A stretch of DNA of 64,000 nt from Alphaproteobacteria bacterium. GTDB lineage: Bacteria; Pseudomonadota; Alphaproteobacteria; Bin95. Every line of letters starts with the position of its first letter. Within the stretch, counting starts at the first letter, position 1. Shown one piece after another: positions 27,685 through 37,534 of the stretch. Made by a program: the position numbers and the translations under genes. The notes under the pieces are model-generated. The model had not been told where the DNA came from and did no database searches. It saw only the letters and a program-made list of their open reading frames with translations. Location of the stretch: contig OZ219787.1 of the NCBI GenBank assembly GCA_964291285.2, positions 2,016,001 to 2,080,000 of the forward strand, written 5' to 3'.

Positions 27685-29666
27685 CAGGCCGCCGCGATGA
27701 GGCCCGGCGCGAGGCAATCGCCGATCCGCGTCACCGACCGGACGCCGGCGTCCTCCCACTCGTCCCTGCGGGCGGCCAGGCCGTCCCACAGCCCGTCATT
27801 CGGCAGGCGCGAGGTAACCGCGACCAGCGTCCCGCAATCCACCTCCTGCGTCCTGCCGGAATACACGCATTCGACCCGAAGCCGGTCCTTCGACAGCCCG
27901 GCAAGCCCGTGCAGCGGCACGATCTCGACACCCAGCCCGATCAGCCGCTTCTGGATGCGCTCCTGTTCCAGCGTGTTCTCCGACCAGGGGGCGACGATGG
28001 GAGCCGGCGTCACGAATATCGTGCGATGCCCGGCTCCCGCCACCAGCTCCGCCAGAACGCTTGCCATGTAGAACCTGTCATCGTCGAAAAGGACGACCGG
28101 GCCGGGCGCGGTTATCGCGCCAATGCCGCGCGTCATCAGGTCGTCGGAGGTCAGCACGGGTTTGCCGGCCAGGAAGGGCAGGGGCTTCCTGTGTTTCCGG
28201 CCGACCCCGTCCGCGCGCCATGCCGCTCCGGTCGCCAGAACGACATGGGGGCTCCCGTGTTCGAGAATGTCCGCGGTCGTGAGCCGGCTCTCCAGATACA
28301 TCCGGACGCTCGGGGATTGCCGCAATTGTCCGAGCCGCCAGTCGCGCACGCGGGCCCAGGCCGCCAGGCCGGGAAGCCGGCTTTCTCGTGAGACCCGGCC
28401 TCCCCATTCGGATTCTGCTTCAGCCAACACGACTTCCGCGCCGCGCCGGACGAGCGCACGTGCCGCCTCAAGACCTGCCGGACCGCCGCCCACCACCAGA
28501 TACGGTCCCCTGTCCGCGAGCTCGGGGATGGCCTCCGGGTGCCAGCCGCGCCGCCATTCCTCGCCCATTGTCGGGTTCTGGGTGCAGCGTATGGGCACCC
28601 TCGTCCGGTCTCCCGCGACGCAGATATTGCACCCGATGCACTCCCGGATATCGTCGATGCGCCCGTCGCGAATCTTGTTCGGAAGGAACGGGTCGGCAAT
28701 CGAAGGCCGCGCGGCGCCGATGAAGTCCAGGATGCCGTTCCCGACGGTGCGCGCCATGGTGTCGGGCGAGGTATAGCGGCCCACGCCGACGACAGGCTTG
28801 CTCGTCAGGGACTTCACGAAAGCGATGTAGGGCTCCTGGAATCCCTCCTCGGAGAAGCGCGATGTCTGGCTGTCATTGGCCCAGTCGGAGAGGTTGACGT
28901 CCCAGAGGTCAGGTTCGTCCGCGAGCGCCGCCACGATGTCGCGGCCTTCGTCGTCATGGGTTATCCCGTCTTCGCCGAGAAGCTCATCGACGGCCAGCCG
29001 TATGGCGATCCCGCATTTGTCGCCGACGGCTTCCTTCGTGTCGGCAAGCACTTCCCGGAAGAGCCGCAACCGGTTCTCGAACGAGCCGCCATATTCGTCG
29101 GTGCGGTGGTTGTAGCGCTTCAGCAGGAAGTGCTGGAGAAGCGTCAGATCGTGGCCGGCATAGACATAGACGATGTCGAAGCCGATTTCCCTTGCGAGCA
29201 GCGCGGCGTCCCGGTGCCAGCGCCGGAAGTCCGCGATGTCCGCCCGGTCCATCCCGCGGGCCTGCAAGGGGTCGTCGCTGTCCACCACTGCATGAGACGG
29301 CGCCAGCGGGGGAACGCGGCTGTAGCGGTTGTTGGAGTGCAGCCCGTTATGGACGAGTTCGACCGCGGCGAGGCTTCCATGGGCATGGATGGCGTCCACG
29401 GTCAGTCTCAGCGCCGACACCCCGGCCTCGTCCCACAACCGCGCCTGGTTGGAGGGCGAGACGTCGGAGGTCGGGTGGATTTCCGTTTCCTGGGTGGATA
29501 CGACGCCCCATCCGCCCTCGGCCTTGACGCCGCGAAGCGCGGCTTCCGACTCCGGGTAGCGGTGCCCCATGCCGGTGCAGTGCGGCACCTGGTAGAAGCG
29601 GTTGGGCGCCGTTACGGGGCCGATCCGGACAGGCTCGAACAGGATGTCGTATCGGGGGTCCCGCAT
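27639..29666 (-). CDS. Trimethylamine/histamine dehydrogenase-like flavoenzyme (OYE barrel, 4Fe-4S, Rossmann)
   Basis: MRDPRYDILFEPVRIGP..NRFYQVPHC, YVYAGH, RTDEYGGSFENR, ECIGCNIC..RC, GGGPAGLE. Confidence 0.9.
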   Translation of the reverse strand: MRDPRYDILFEPVRIGPVTAPNRFYQVPHCTGMGHRYPESEAALRGVKAEGGWGVVSTQETEIHPTSDVSPSNQARLWDEAGVSALRLTVDAIHAHGSLAAVELVHNGLHSNNRYSRVPPLAPSHAVVDSDDPLQARGMDRADIADFRRWHRDAALLAREIGFDIVYVYAGHDLTLLQHFLLKRYNHRTDEYGGSFENRLRLFREVLADTKEAVGDKCGIAIRLAVDELLGEDGITHDDEGRDIVAALADEPDLWDVNLSDWANDSQTSRFSEEGFQEPYIAFVKSLTSKPVVGVGRYTSPDTMARTVGNGILDFIGAARPSIADPFLPNKIRDGRIDDIRECIGCNICVAGDRTRVPIRCTQNPTMGEEWRRGWHPEAIPELADRGPYLVVGGGPAGLEAARALVRRGAEVVLAEAESEWGGRVSRESRLPGLAAWARVRDWRLGQLRQSPSVRMYLESRLTTADILEHGSPHVVLATGAAWRADGVGRKHRKPLPFLAGKPVLTSDDLMTRGIGAITAPGPVVLFDDDRFYMASVLAELVAGAGHRTIFVTPAPIVAPWSENTLEQERIQKRLIGLGVEIVPLHGLAGLSKDRLRVECVYSGRTQEVDCGTLVAVTSRLPNDGLWDGLAARRDEWEDAGVRSVTRIGDCLAPGLIAAACYSGHEFARSADACS

Positions 29667-29704
29667 GGGCTGATGCCTTTCCCGAAAGCCGCGGGCAATC
29701 CGGC

Positions 29705-30757
29705 CTATCGGAAGTGCGGCGCGATTTCTTCCGTGAAGCGCGTCATCTGGTCCTTGACCTCTTCATGCGGCTTCAGGCCGTAGTTGAAGTAGAGCACGAC
29801 CTCGTCGATGCCGGCCGCCTCCACCGGCTTGAGGTCTTCGACGATCTGCGCCGGTGGGCCGATGAGCACCGAGCGGTTGGTGAGCTTGTCGGGCGACATC
29901 TCGCGCAGCAGGCGGCAGATCTCGACGAAATAGCGGTAGCTCGGCGGCGCGGTCGCCGGGTCGCCGGGGAAGGCGGCCACCAGCGCGTCCTGGAAATAGC
30001 GCACCAGCGCCTCGCGGCCGCGCAGGTCCTCCGCCGGCGTGTCGGCGATATGGATGAAATAGGAGCAGACGGCCCGTCTCGGCGGCCGGGCATGTTCGTC
30101 CTCGCAGGTCCGGCGGTAGATTTCGACCGCTTCGGCGAGCGAGCCGTAAACCATGGCGGCGGCGAAGGGGGCATAGACGACATGCCAGTCGCGCCTGGCC
30201 GCCAGTTCCATGCTGGGGCGGGAGAAACAGGCGACATGCGGCCTCAGCGGCCGTTGCATCGGTTTCGGGCGCACATCGACATTCTCGAAGCGCCAGAACC
30301 GCCCGTCATGGGAGAACGGGCCGGTCTCGGTCCAGGCGCGCCAGACGATGTCCAGCCCTTCGGCGAACGCCTCGGCCGAGTCCTCGAACGGCGCGCCGAA
30401 GGGGCCGTATTCCAGCCGGTCGTAGCCGCGCCCGGCGGCGAAATCGACGCGGCCGCCGGAGAGCAGGTCGAGCGTCGCCCAGTCCTCCGCCACCTGCAGC
30501 GGGTGATGGACCGGCAGCAGCACGACCGCCGGCGCCAGCCGGATGCGCGAGGTGGCGCCGGCAAGCTGCGCCAGCAGCATGTGCGGCGAGGCGTTGACGC
30601 CCAGCAGGTTGAAGTGGTGCTCGCCGATCCAGGCGGAATCGAGGCCGACGGCCTCGGCGTGGAGCGCCTGCTCGTAGATCTCGCGGACCAGCGTCTCGGC
30701 CGAGCGCGTATTGCCGGGATAGCGGTTGTCGGAAAGGGTGAAGTAGCCGAACTTCAC
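29705..30757 (-). CDS. LLM-class flavin-dependent oxidoreductase
   Basis: MKFGYF, WIGEHHF, HPLQVAEDWATLDLLSGGR, PKPMQRP. Confidence 0.9.
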   Translation of the reverse strand: MKFGYFTLSDNRYPGNTRSAETLVREIYEQALHAEAVGLDSAWIGEHHFNLLGVNASPHMLLAQLAGATSRIRLAPAVVLLPVHHPLQVAEDWATLDLLSGGRVDFAAGRGYDRLEYGPFGAPFEDSAEAFAEGLDIVWRAWTETGPFSHDGRFWRFENVDVRPKPMQRPLRPHVACFSRPSMELAARRDWHVVYAPFAAAMVYGSLAEAVEIYRRTCEDEHARPPRRAVCSYFIHIADTPAEDLRGREALVRYFQDALVAAFPGDPATAPPSYRYFVEICRLLREMSPDKLTNRSVLIGPPAQIVEDLKPVEAAGIDEVVLYFNYGLKPHEEVKDQMTRFTEEIAPHFR

Positions 30758-30764
30758 GGGGACG

Positions 30765-31664
30765 CTACGGCGCGCCGGTGCGGGCCCGGATGAAGGCTGC
30801 CGCTTCGTCTATGCCCTCCCTGGCGCGGTCGAGCAGGCGGTCGAACCAGTGCCAGACATGGATCATCTCGTCCGCCACGGTGAGTTGCACTTCAACGCCC
30901 GCCCGGCGGGCCGCTTCCGCCAGCGACACAGAATCGTCGAGGAGCACTTCCTCGCTGCCGACCTGCACCAGCAGCGGCGGCAGGCCCTCAAGGTCGGCGT
31001 AGAGCGGCGACGCCCAGGGATGGCGGCGGTCGGTCTCCGCGCCGAGATAGACGCCCGTCCAGCGTTCGATCTGGTCCTTCTTCACCATCGGGTCCGACTC
31101 TGCTTTGGCGGCGTAAGAGCCGGCTTCCAGGGTCATGTCCGTCCAGGGCGAGATGCAGAGCCCGCCGGCCGGCATGGGCAGCCCGTCGTCGCGCGCCTTG
31201 ACGAGCGTTGCGACCGTCAGGCCGCCGCCCGCCGAGTCGCCGCCGATGACGGCGTGAGCCGGGTCGATGCCGTTCTCCAGCAGCCCCTGCCAGGCTGCCG
31301 CGCCGTCCTCGACGGCGGCCGGGAAGGGATGCTCGGGCGCCAGCCGGTAATCGGCCGAGAAGGCATGGACGCCGGCGCCGGCCGCCAGCGCCGCGACCAT
31401 ATGCCGGTGCGAGCGCGTCGAGCCCAGCACATAGCCGCCGCCGTGGAAGTAGAGCAGCGCGCGGCCCGGGTCCACGCCCTCCGGCCGCAGCCACTCGCCC
31501 GGAACGCCGCCGAGCGTTCCCGGCTCGCGCGCCACGGTCTCCGGCAGCGGGAATATTTCGACCGCGCGGTCGTATTCCTCACGGAGGTCTGCGATGGCGG
31601 CGGTTGCGCCGTCCGGCCGTTCGGCAAGCTTTACCCGCAAAGCGGCGATCGAGCGGTCCTTCAT
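30765..31664 (-). CDS. HSL-family esterase/lactonase
   Basis: YFHGGGY, DYRLAPEHPFPA, GDSAGG, EVLLDDS, MIHVW. Confidence 0.93.
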   Translation of the reverse strand: MKDRSIAALRVKLAERPDGATAAIADLREEYDRAVEIFPLPETVAREPGTLGGVPGEWLRPEGVDPGRALLYFHGGGYVLGSTRSHRHMVAALAAGAGVHAFSADYRLAPEHPFPAAVEDGAAAWQGLLENGIDPAHAVIGGDSAGGGLTVATLVKARDDGLPMPAGGLCISPWTDMTLEAGSYAAKAESDPMVKKDQIERWTGVYLGAETDRRHPWASPLYADLEGLPPLLVQVGSEEVLLDDSVSLAEAARRAGVEVQLTVADEMIHVWHWFDRLLDRAREGIDEAAAFIRARTGAP

Positions 31665-31686
31665 GGGGTCGTTCCCCTCCGTTTCG

Positions 31687-31944
31687 TCAGCCGCCTTCCA
31701 GCTTCGGGATGAAGAACACCTCGCCGCCCGGCGGCACGGGCTGGAAATAGGCGGTCTCGTGCATCATGCCGTCGATAGCGACGGTGGTTTCCTCCACCAG
31801 GCGCTCGCCGAGGCCGGGGAAGCGCTCGTTCATCGCGCGGATCACATCGCGCAGGAGTTTCGCCTCGACCTCGAATTCGCGCACGCCTCCGGTGAAGGCG
31901 CGTGCGAACCCTTCGGTGAACCGCACCTGGACGGTCGGACCCAT
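31687..31944 (-). CDS. MoaD/ThiS family protein
   Basis: 85 aa, beta-grasp pattern, C-terminal GG. Confidence 0.85.
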   Translation of the reverse strand: MGPTVQVRFTEGFARAFTGGVREFEVEAKLLRDVIRAMNERFPGLGERLVEETTVAIDGMMHETAYFQPVPPGGEVFFIPKLEGG

Positions 31945-31962
31945 GAAGTCCCCGCCGCGTCC

Positions 31963-34245
31963 TCAGTCGTCACCGTCCGCCCCGTTCGCATCGATGGCCG
32001 CAAGCAGCCTCGGCGGAGACATCGGCAGTTCGTACATCCGCGTGCCGACCGCCTGGTCGATGGCGTTGGCGATCGCGGCCATGGGCGGGCAGATATTCAC
32101 CTCGCCCACGCCCTTGACGCCGTAGGGGTGGCTCGGATTGGGGACCTCGACCAGCACCGCGTCGATCATCGGCAGGTCGGAGGCCACCGGCACCCGGTAG
32201 TCGAGGAAACCCGCATTCTCCAGCCGGCCCTTGTCGTCGTAGATATATTCCTCGTTCAGCGCCCAGCCGATGCCCTGCACGACGCCGCCCTGGATCTGGC
32301 CCTCGACATAGGAGGGATGGATCGCGCGGCCCACATCCTGCGCTGCGATGAAACGCAGCACCTGGACATGGCCGGTCTCGGGATCGACCTCGATATCGCA
32401 GAACTGGCTGGAGAAGCCCGGAGCCTGGGCGCCGGCATTAGTGGTGCCGGCCGCGCCGATCGGCCCGCCCGTCAGTGCCCGCTTGGCCGCGAGTTCGCCG
32501 ATGGTGAGCGGCTCGAAATCGCCGACATTGGCGCCGGCGGGATGGGCGGCGCCGTCCCGCCATTCCACGGCGTCCACATCGACATCCCAGATCATCGCGG
32601 CGCGCTGGCGCAGGTCGTCGATCACCTTGTTGCAGGCCTGGTGGACGGCGATGCCGGTCGCGAAGGTCACGCGGCTACCGCCGGTGACATGCGTGTAGCC
32701 GACCGACGCCGTGTCGGAGACGACGCAGCGCACCTTGTCGTAATCGACGCCGAAGGTCTCCGCCGCCATCAGCGCCATGCTCGCGCGCGAGCCGCCGACA
32801 TCGACGCTGCCGCTGCCGACGATCACCGTGCCGTCGTCGTTGACATGGACGGTCGCGCTCGATTCGCCGCCGCCGTTGAACCAGAAGCCGGAGGCGACGC
32901 CGCGGCCCTGGTTCGGGCCGATGGGCTTCTTGTAGTCGGGATGCGCCATGAGCGCTTCCAGCGTCTCGACATAGCCGTCATGGCTGAGCTTCGGCCCATA
33001 GACCATCTGGGTGCCCTGGCGGGCGGCGTTCTTCAGGCGGAATTCCACCGGGTCCATGCCGACCTTCTTGGCCAGCATGTCGAGCACGCTCTCGACCCCG
33101 AAGGCCGAGATCGGCGAGCCGGGCGCGCGGTAAGCCGCCGCCTTCGGGCGGTTGCACACCACATCGTAGCCGACCGTGCGCGCGTTCCCGATATCGTAAG
33201 GCGCAAACGCGCACATGCAGGCGTTCATCACCGGCGAGCCGGGGAAGGCGCCCGCCTGGAAGTTGAAGGTGGCGTCGGCGGCCGTGATCTTGCCGTCGCC
33301 GGTGCAGCCGATTTTGACGCTCATCGAGGCGCCGGAGGTCGGGCCGGTCGCCTTGAAGACCTCCTCGCGCGTCATCTGCATGCGCACGGGCTGGCTGCAT
33401 TTCCGCGAAAGCGCGGCCGCCAGCGGCTCCAGATAGACGATGGTCTTGCCGCCGAAGCCGCCGCCGATCTCCAGCGCCGTCGCGCGGATATCGCCGGGGC
33501 TGATGCCGAGCAGCTTGGCGGTCATGGCGCGGACCACGAAGTGGCCCTGGCTCGACGACCAGATCTCGCCCTGCCCGTCGGCGTCGAAGCGCGCCATGCA
33601 GGCATGGGTCTCGATATAGCCCTGGTGGACCGGCGCGGTCTTGAAGCTCTTCTCGACGATGTGGTCGGCGGCGGCAAAGCCCGCTTCGAGGTCGCCGATG
33701 CCGAACTCGAGCCGCTTCGAGATGTTGGACGGCTTTTCGGGAGCCGGCTCGACGCCGCGCGTGGTCATGTCCTCGAACAGAAGCGGCGCGTCCGGCTTCA
33801 TCGCCTCATCGACATCGATCACATGCGGCAGCACCTCGTAATCGACCTCGATGAGCGAGAGCGCCTCCTCGGCGACCGCGGCGCTCCCTGCGGCCACGGC
33901 CGCGACCGCATGGCCTTCATAGAGCACTTTCTCGCGCGCCATGATGTTGCGGGTGATGTGCCAGAAGTTCTGCGCCACCCGCTCCGGGCCGATATAGGCG
34001 AAGGGGTGGTCCGGAAAGTCGGCGGACGTGACCACCGCCCTGACGCCGGGCAGGGCCTCGGCTTTCGAGGTGTCGATGCCCCGGATGCGCGCATGGGCAT
34101 GGGGGCTGCGCAGCACCTTGCCGATCAGCTCGCCGGGCAGCCGGTAATCGGCGCCGTACTGGGCGCGGCCGGTGACTTTCGGCACGCCGTCCGGACGGAC
34201 GGGGCGGGTGCCAACCCACTTGAACTCTTTCGCTTCGGCGCTCAT
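31963..34245 (-). CDS. Xanthine dehydrogenase family molybdopterin-binding subunit
   Basis: KVTGRAQY, LRSPHAHARI, GGGFGGK, AYRAPG, EGQIQGGVVQGIG, KGVGE. Confidence 0.94.
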   Translation of the reverse strand: MSAEAKEFKWVGTRPVRPDGVPKVTGRAQYGADYRLPGELIGKVLRSPHAHARIRGIDTSKAEALPGVRAVVTSADFPDHPFAYIGPERVAQNFWHITRNIMAREKVLYEGHAVAAVAAGSAAVAEEALSLIEVDYEVLPHVIDVDEAMKPDAPLLFEDMTTRGVEPAPEKPSNISKRLEFGIGDLEAGFAAADHIVEKSFKTAPVHQGYIETHACMARFDADGQGEIWSSSQGHFVVRAMTAKLLGISPGDIRATALEIGGGFGGKTIVYLEPLAAALSRKCSQPVRMQMTREEVFKATGPTSGASMSVKIGCTGDGKITAADATFNFQAGAFPGSPVMNACMCAFAPYDIGNARTVGYDVVCNRPKAAAYRAPGSPISAFGVESVLDMLAKKVGMDPVEFRLKNAARQGTQMVYGPKLSHDGYVETLEALMAHPDYKKPIGPNQGRGVASGFWFNGGGESSATVHVNDDGTVIVGSGSVDVGGSRASMALMAAETFGVDYDKVRCVVSDTASVGYTHVTGGSRVTFATGIAVHQACNKVIDDLRQRAAMIWDVDVDAVEWRDGAAHPAGANVGDFEPLTIGELAAKRALTGGPIGAAGTTNAGAQAPGFSSQFCDIEVDPETGHVQVLRFIAAQDVGRAIHPSYVEGQIQGGVVQGIGWALNEEYIYDDKGRLENAGFLDYRVPVASDLPMIDAVLVEVPNPSHPYGVKGVGEVNICPPMAAIANAIDQAVGTRMYELPMSPPRLLAAIDANGADGDD

Positions 34246-34414
34246 CCACAGGGTCTCCAGAATCGGGGCGTAACGGTCCCGCCTATGCAAGCCCATCCGG
34301 CGGCCGCGCGCAAGTGTGCCGGCGCGCGCGGAGGGCAAGGGACTTGCCCCGGCCGGCGGTTTCGGCAAGCTGGCGGAAGGTGACCGTTTTCTTGCACCGG
34401 GGAGGCCGCCGGCG

Positions 34415-35263
34415 TTGCAGATCGTTCCGTTCGATGCCCCGCTTGGCGCAGAGATGCGCGGGCTGGACGCCTCGCAGCCGGTCGGCGCGGCGGATGCGGA
34501 TGCGCTCCGCCGCGCGCTGGACGAACATCTCGTGCTGCTCGCGCGCGGCCAGCGGCTGGACGACCCGGCGCTGATGGCCTTCTCCCGCGTCTTCGGCGAG
34601 TTGGACCCGCCGGGGCCGAATCCCTATGGCGCACCCTTCCTGCCGGAGTTCCCGGAGATCAACGTCATCTCCAATGTGGTCGAGAACGGCCGGCCCATCG
34701 GCAATCTGGGCGCGGGCGAGGCGGTCTGGCATGCGGACATGACCTATATCGAGAAGCCGCCGAAGGCCGCGCTCCTCCATGCGCTGGAGGCGCCGGAGGG
34801 CGAGGGCGACACCTATTTCGCCAACCAGTTCGCCGCGTGGGCGGCGCTTCCCGATGAGGACAAGGCCCGGATCGAGGGGCTCCGCTGCGTCCATGACAGC
34901 GCGCATAACAGCGCCGGCATGCTCCGCCGGGGCTACCGGGAAATCGAGGATGTGCGCGAGACGCCGGGCGCGCGCCAGCCGCTGGTGCGCACCGACCCGG
35001 CGACGGACAGGAAGGCGCTCTTCCTCGGCCGGCGGCCCCATGCCTGGGTCGTCGGGCTTGAGGTGGCGGAGAGCGATGCGCTGCTTGACCGCCTCTGGGC
35101 CCATGCCTCCGACTCGCGCTTCGTGTGGCGCCATCGCTGGCGGCCGGGCGACCTCTTGGTCTGGAACAATCTGGGCGTGCTGCACCGCCGCGACGCCTTC
35201 GACGCCAGGGCCCGCCGGATCATGCACCGCACCCAGATCCGGGGCGAGCGGGAGATCGCCTGA
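34415..35263 (+). CDS. TauD/TfdA family 2-oxoglutarate dioxygenase
   Basis: GGAGG followed by a TTG start, WHADMTY (HxD), WRPGDLLVWNN..LHRR. Confidence 0.9.
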   Translation: MQIVPFDAPLGAEMRGLDASQPVGAADADALRRALDEHLVLLARGQRLDDPALMAFSRVFGELDPPGPNPYGAPFLPEFPEINVISNVVENGRPIGNLGAGEAVWHADMTYIEKPPKAALLHALEAPEGEGDTYFANQFAAWAALPDEDKARIEGLRCVHDSAHNSAGMLRRGYREIEDVRETPGARQPLVRTDPATDRKALFLGRRPHAWVVGLEVAESDALLDRLWAHASDSRFVWRHRWRPGDLLVWNNLGVLHRRDAFDARARRIMHRTQIRGEREIA

Positions 35264-35267
35264 GGCC

Positions 35268-35960
35268 ATGAAACGCTTCTACGAGCAGGCGGAGGCGGTG
35301 CCGCTCGATGCAGGCGGCTACGGCGTCGCGCTGGACGGCCGCCGGGTGCGCACGCCGGCGGGCCGGCCCCTTGCCCTGCCGAGCCGGGCGCTGGCGGCGG
35401 CGGTCGCGGGCGAATGGTCCGAACAGGGTGACAGGGTCGAGCCTCGGACCATGGCGATGATGACGCTGTCGGCAACCGCGCTCGACCGGGTCGCGCCCCG
35501 CGCCGGCGAGGTCGCCGCCGAGATCGCGCACTACGGGGAGACGGACCTGCTCTGCTACCGCGATGCGCCCGGCGGCGAGCTTGCCCAGCGCCAGAATGCG
35601 GCCTGGCAGCCGGTACTGGACTGGCTGGCCGAAGCCCATGGCGCACGTCTCAGGACGGTGGCGGGCGTGATGCCGGCCGCGCAGGAGAAGGGCGCGCTCG
35701 AAGCGCTCCGGCGCGCGGTGGACGCCCACGAGCCGTTCCGCCTGGCGGCGCTGCACACGGCCGTTGCCGCCACCGGCTCCGCGGCGCTCGGCATGGCGCT
35801 CCTCGGCGGCCGGCTGAACGCCTGCCAGGCATGGCGCTGCGCGCGCCTCGACGATGAGTGGCAGGCGGAGCGCTGGGGCGAGGAGGAGGACGCGCGCAGG
35901 CGGGGCGCGGCGCTGTGGGACGAACTCGCCGCCGTCGAGCGCTTCGCGGCGCTGCTATAG
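35268..35960 (+). CDS. ATP12 family chaperone
   Basis: MKRFYE, LDGRRVRTP, AVAGEW, ETDLLCYR, WQAERWG. Confidence 0.92.
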   Translation: MKRFYEQAEAVPLDAGGYGVALDGRRVRTPAGRPLALPSRALAAAVAGEWSEQGDRVEPRTMAMMTLSATALDRVAPRAGEVAAEIAHYGETDLLCYRDAPGGELAQRQNAAWQPVLDWLAEAHGARLRTVAGVMPAAQEKGALEALRRAVDAHEPFRLAALHTAVAATGSAALGMALLGGRLNACQAWRCARLDDEWQAERWGEEEDARRRGAALWDELAAVERFAALL

Positions 35961-35978
35961 ACAGGGAGACCCGAGGCC

Positions 35979-37511
35979 ATGAACGATATCGTGGACATGC
36001 TGGAAGCCAAGCGCGCCCAGGCCCGCCTCGGCGGCGGCGAGAAGCGCATCGAGGCGCAGCACCGGCGCGGCAAGCTGACCGCGCGCGAGCGGCTGGACGT
36101 GCTGCTCGACGAGGGCTCCTTCGAGGAATACGACATGTTCGTGGAGCACCGCTGCGCCGATTTCGGCATGGAGGCGCAGCGCATTCCGGGCGACGGCGTG
36201 GTCACCGGCCACGGCACCGTCAACGGGCGGCTCGTCTTCGTCTTCAGCCAGGACTTCACCGTGTTCGGCGGTTCGCTGTCCGAGGCGCACGCCGAAAAGA
36301 TCTGCAAGGTGATGGACCGGGCGATGAAGGTCGGCGCGCCGGTCGTCGGCCTCAATGATTCGGGCGGCGCGCGCATCCAGGAGGGCGTGGCCTCGCTCGG
36401 CGGCTATGCCGAGGTGTTCCAGCGCAATGTGCTGGCCTCGGGCGTCGTGCCGCAGGTCTCGGTCATCATGGGGCCCTGCGCGGGCGGGGCGGTCTATTCC
36501 CCGGCGATGACCGACTTCATCTTCATGGTGGAGGACACCTCCTTCATGTATGTCACCGGCCCGGACGTGGTGCGCACCGTGACCCACGAGACGGTGACCC
36601 ATGAGGAGCTCGGCGGGGCGCGCACCCACGCCAGGCGCTCCGGCGTCGCCGACCTTGCGCTCGACAACGACATCGAGGCGCTGATGCAGGTCCGGCGGTT
36701 CCTGGGCTTCCTGCCCTCCTCGAACCGCGAGGCGCCGCCGCTGCGCCCCACCGAAGATCCCGTCGACCGCCAGGAGCCGTCGCTCGACAGCCTGGTGCCG
36801 GACAACCCGAACAAGCCCTACGACATCAAGGAACTGATCCGGAAGACGGCGGATGAGGGCGTCTTCTTCGAGCTCCAGCCGGACTGGGCGGCCAACATCG
36901 TCATCGGCTTCGCCCGCTATGGCGGCCAGCCGGTCGGGGTCGTCGCCAACCAGCCCATGGTGCTGGCCGGCTGCCTCGACATCGACAGCGCGCGCAAGGG
37001 CGGGCGGTTCGTGCGATTCTGCGACGCCTTCAACCTGCCGATCGTCACCTTCGTCGATGTGCCGGGCTTCCTTCCGGGCACCGTCCAGGAATATGGCGGC
37101 ATCATCAAGCATGGCGCGAAGCTGCTGTTCGCCTACGCCGAGGCGACGGTGCCGAAGGTCACGCTCATCACCCGCAAGGCCTATGGCGGGGCCTATGACG
37201 TGATGAGCTCGAAGCATCTGCGCGGCGACGTGAACTATGCCTGGCCGCAGGCGGAAATCGCCGTGATGGGCGCCAAGGGCGCGGTCGAGATCATCTTCCG
37301 TCAGGATATCGGCGATGAGGAGAAGATCGCCGGGCGAACGGCGGAGTATGCCCGGAAGTTCGCCAACCCCTTCATCGCCTCGGCGCGCGGCTATATCGAC
37401 GACGTGATCCGCCCCCGCAACACCCGCTTCCGCATCTGCCGGTCGCTGGAGGTGCTGCGCAACAAGCGGTTGGAAAATCCCTGGAAGAAGCACGACAATA
37501 TCCCGCTTTAG
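35979..37511 (+). CDS. pccB: Propionyl-CoA carboxylase beta subunit
   Basis: [55 protein letters not shown]. Confidence 0.93.
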   Translation: MNDIVDMLEAKRAQARLGGGEKRIEAQHRRGKLTARERLDVLLDEGSFEEYDMFVEHRCADFGMEAQRIPGDGVVTGHGTVNGRLVFVFSQDFTVFGGSLSEAHAEKICKVMDRAMKVGAPVVGLNDSGGARIQEGVASLGGYAEVFQRNVLASGVVPQVSVIMGPCAGGAVYSPAMTDFIFMVEDTSFMYVTGPDVVRTVTHETVTHEELGGARTHARRSGVADLALDNDIEALMQVRRFLGFLPSSNREAPPLRPTEDPVDRQEPSLDSLVPDNPNKPYDIKELIRKTADEGVFFELQPDWAANIVIGFARYGGQPVGVVANQPMVLAGCLDIDSARKGGRFVRFCDAFNLPIVTFVDVPGFLPGTVQEYGGIIKHGAKLLFAYAEATVPKVTLITRKAYGGAYDVMSSKHLRGDVNYAWPQAEIAVMGAKGAVEIIFRQDIGDEEKIAGRTAEYARKFANPFIASARGYIDDVIRPRNTRFRICRSLEVLRNKRLENPWKKHDNIPL

Positions 37512-37534
37512 GGCGCTTGAGGGGAACGGCACCG

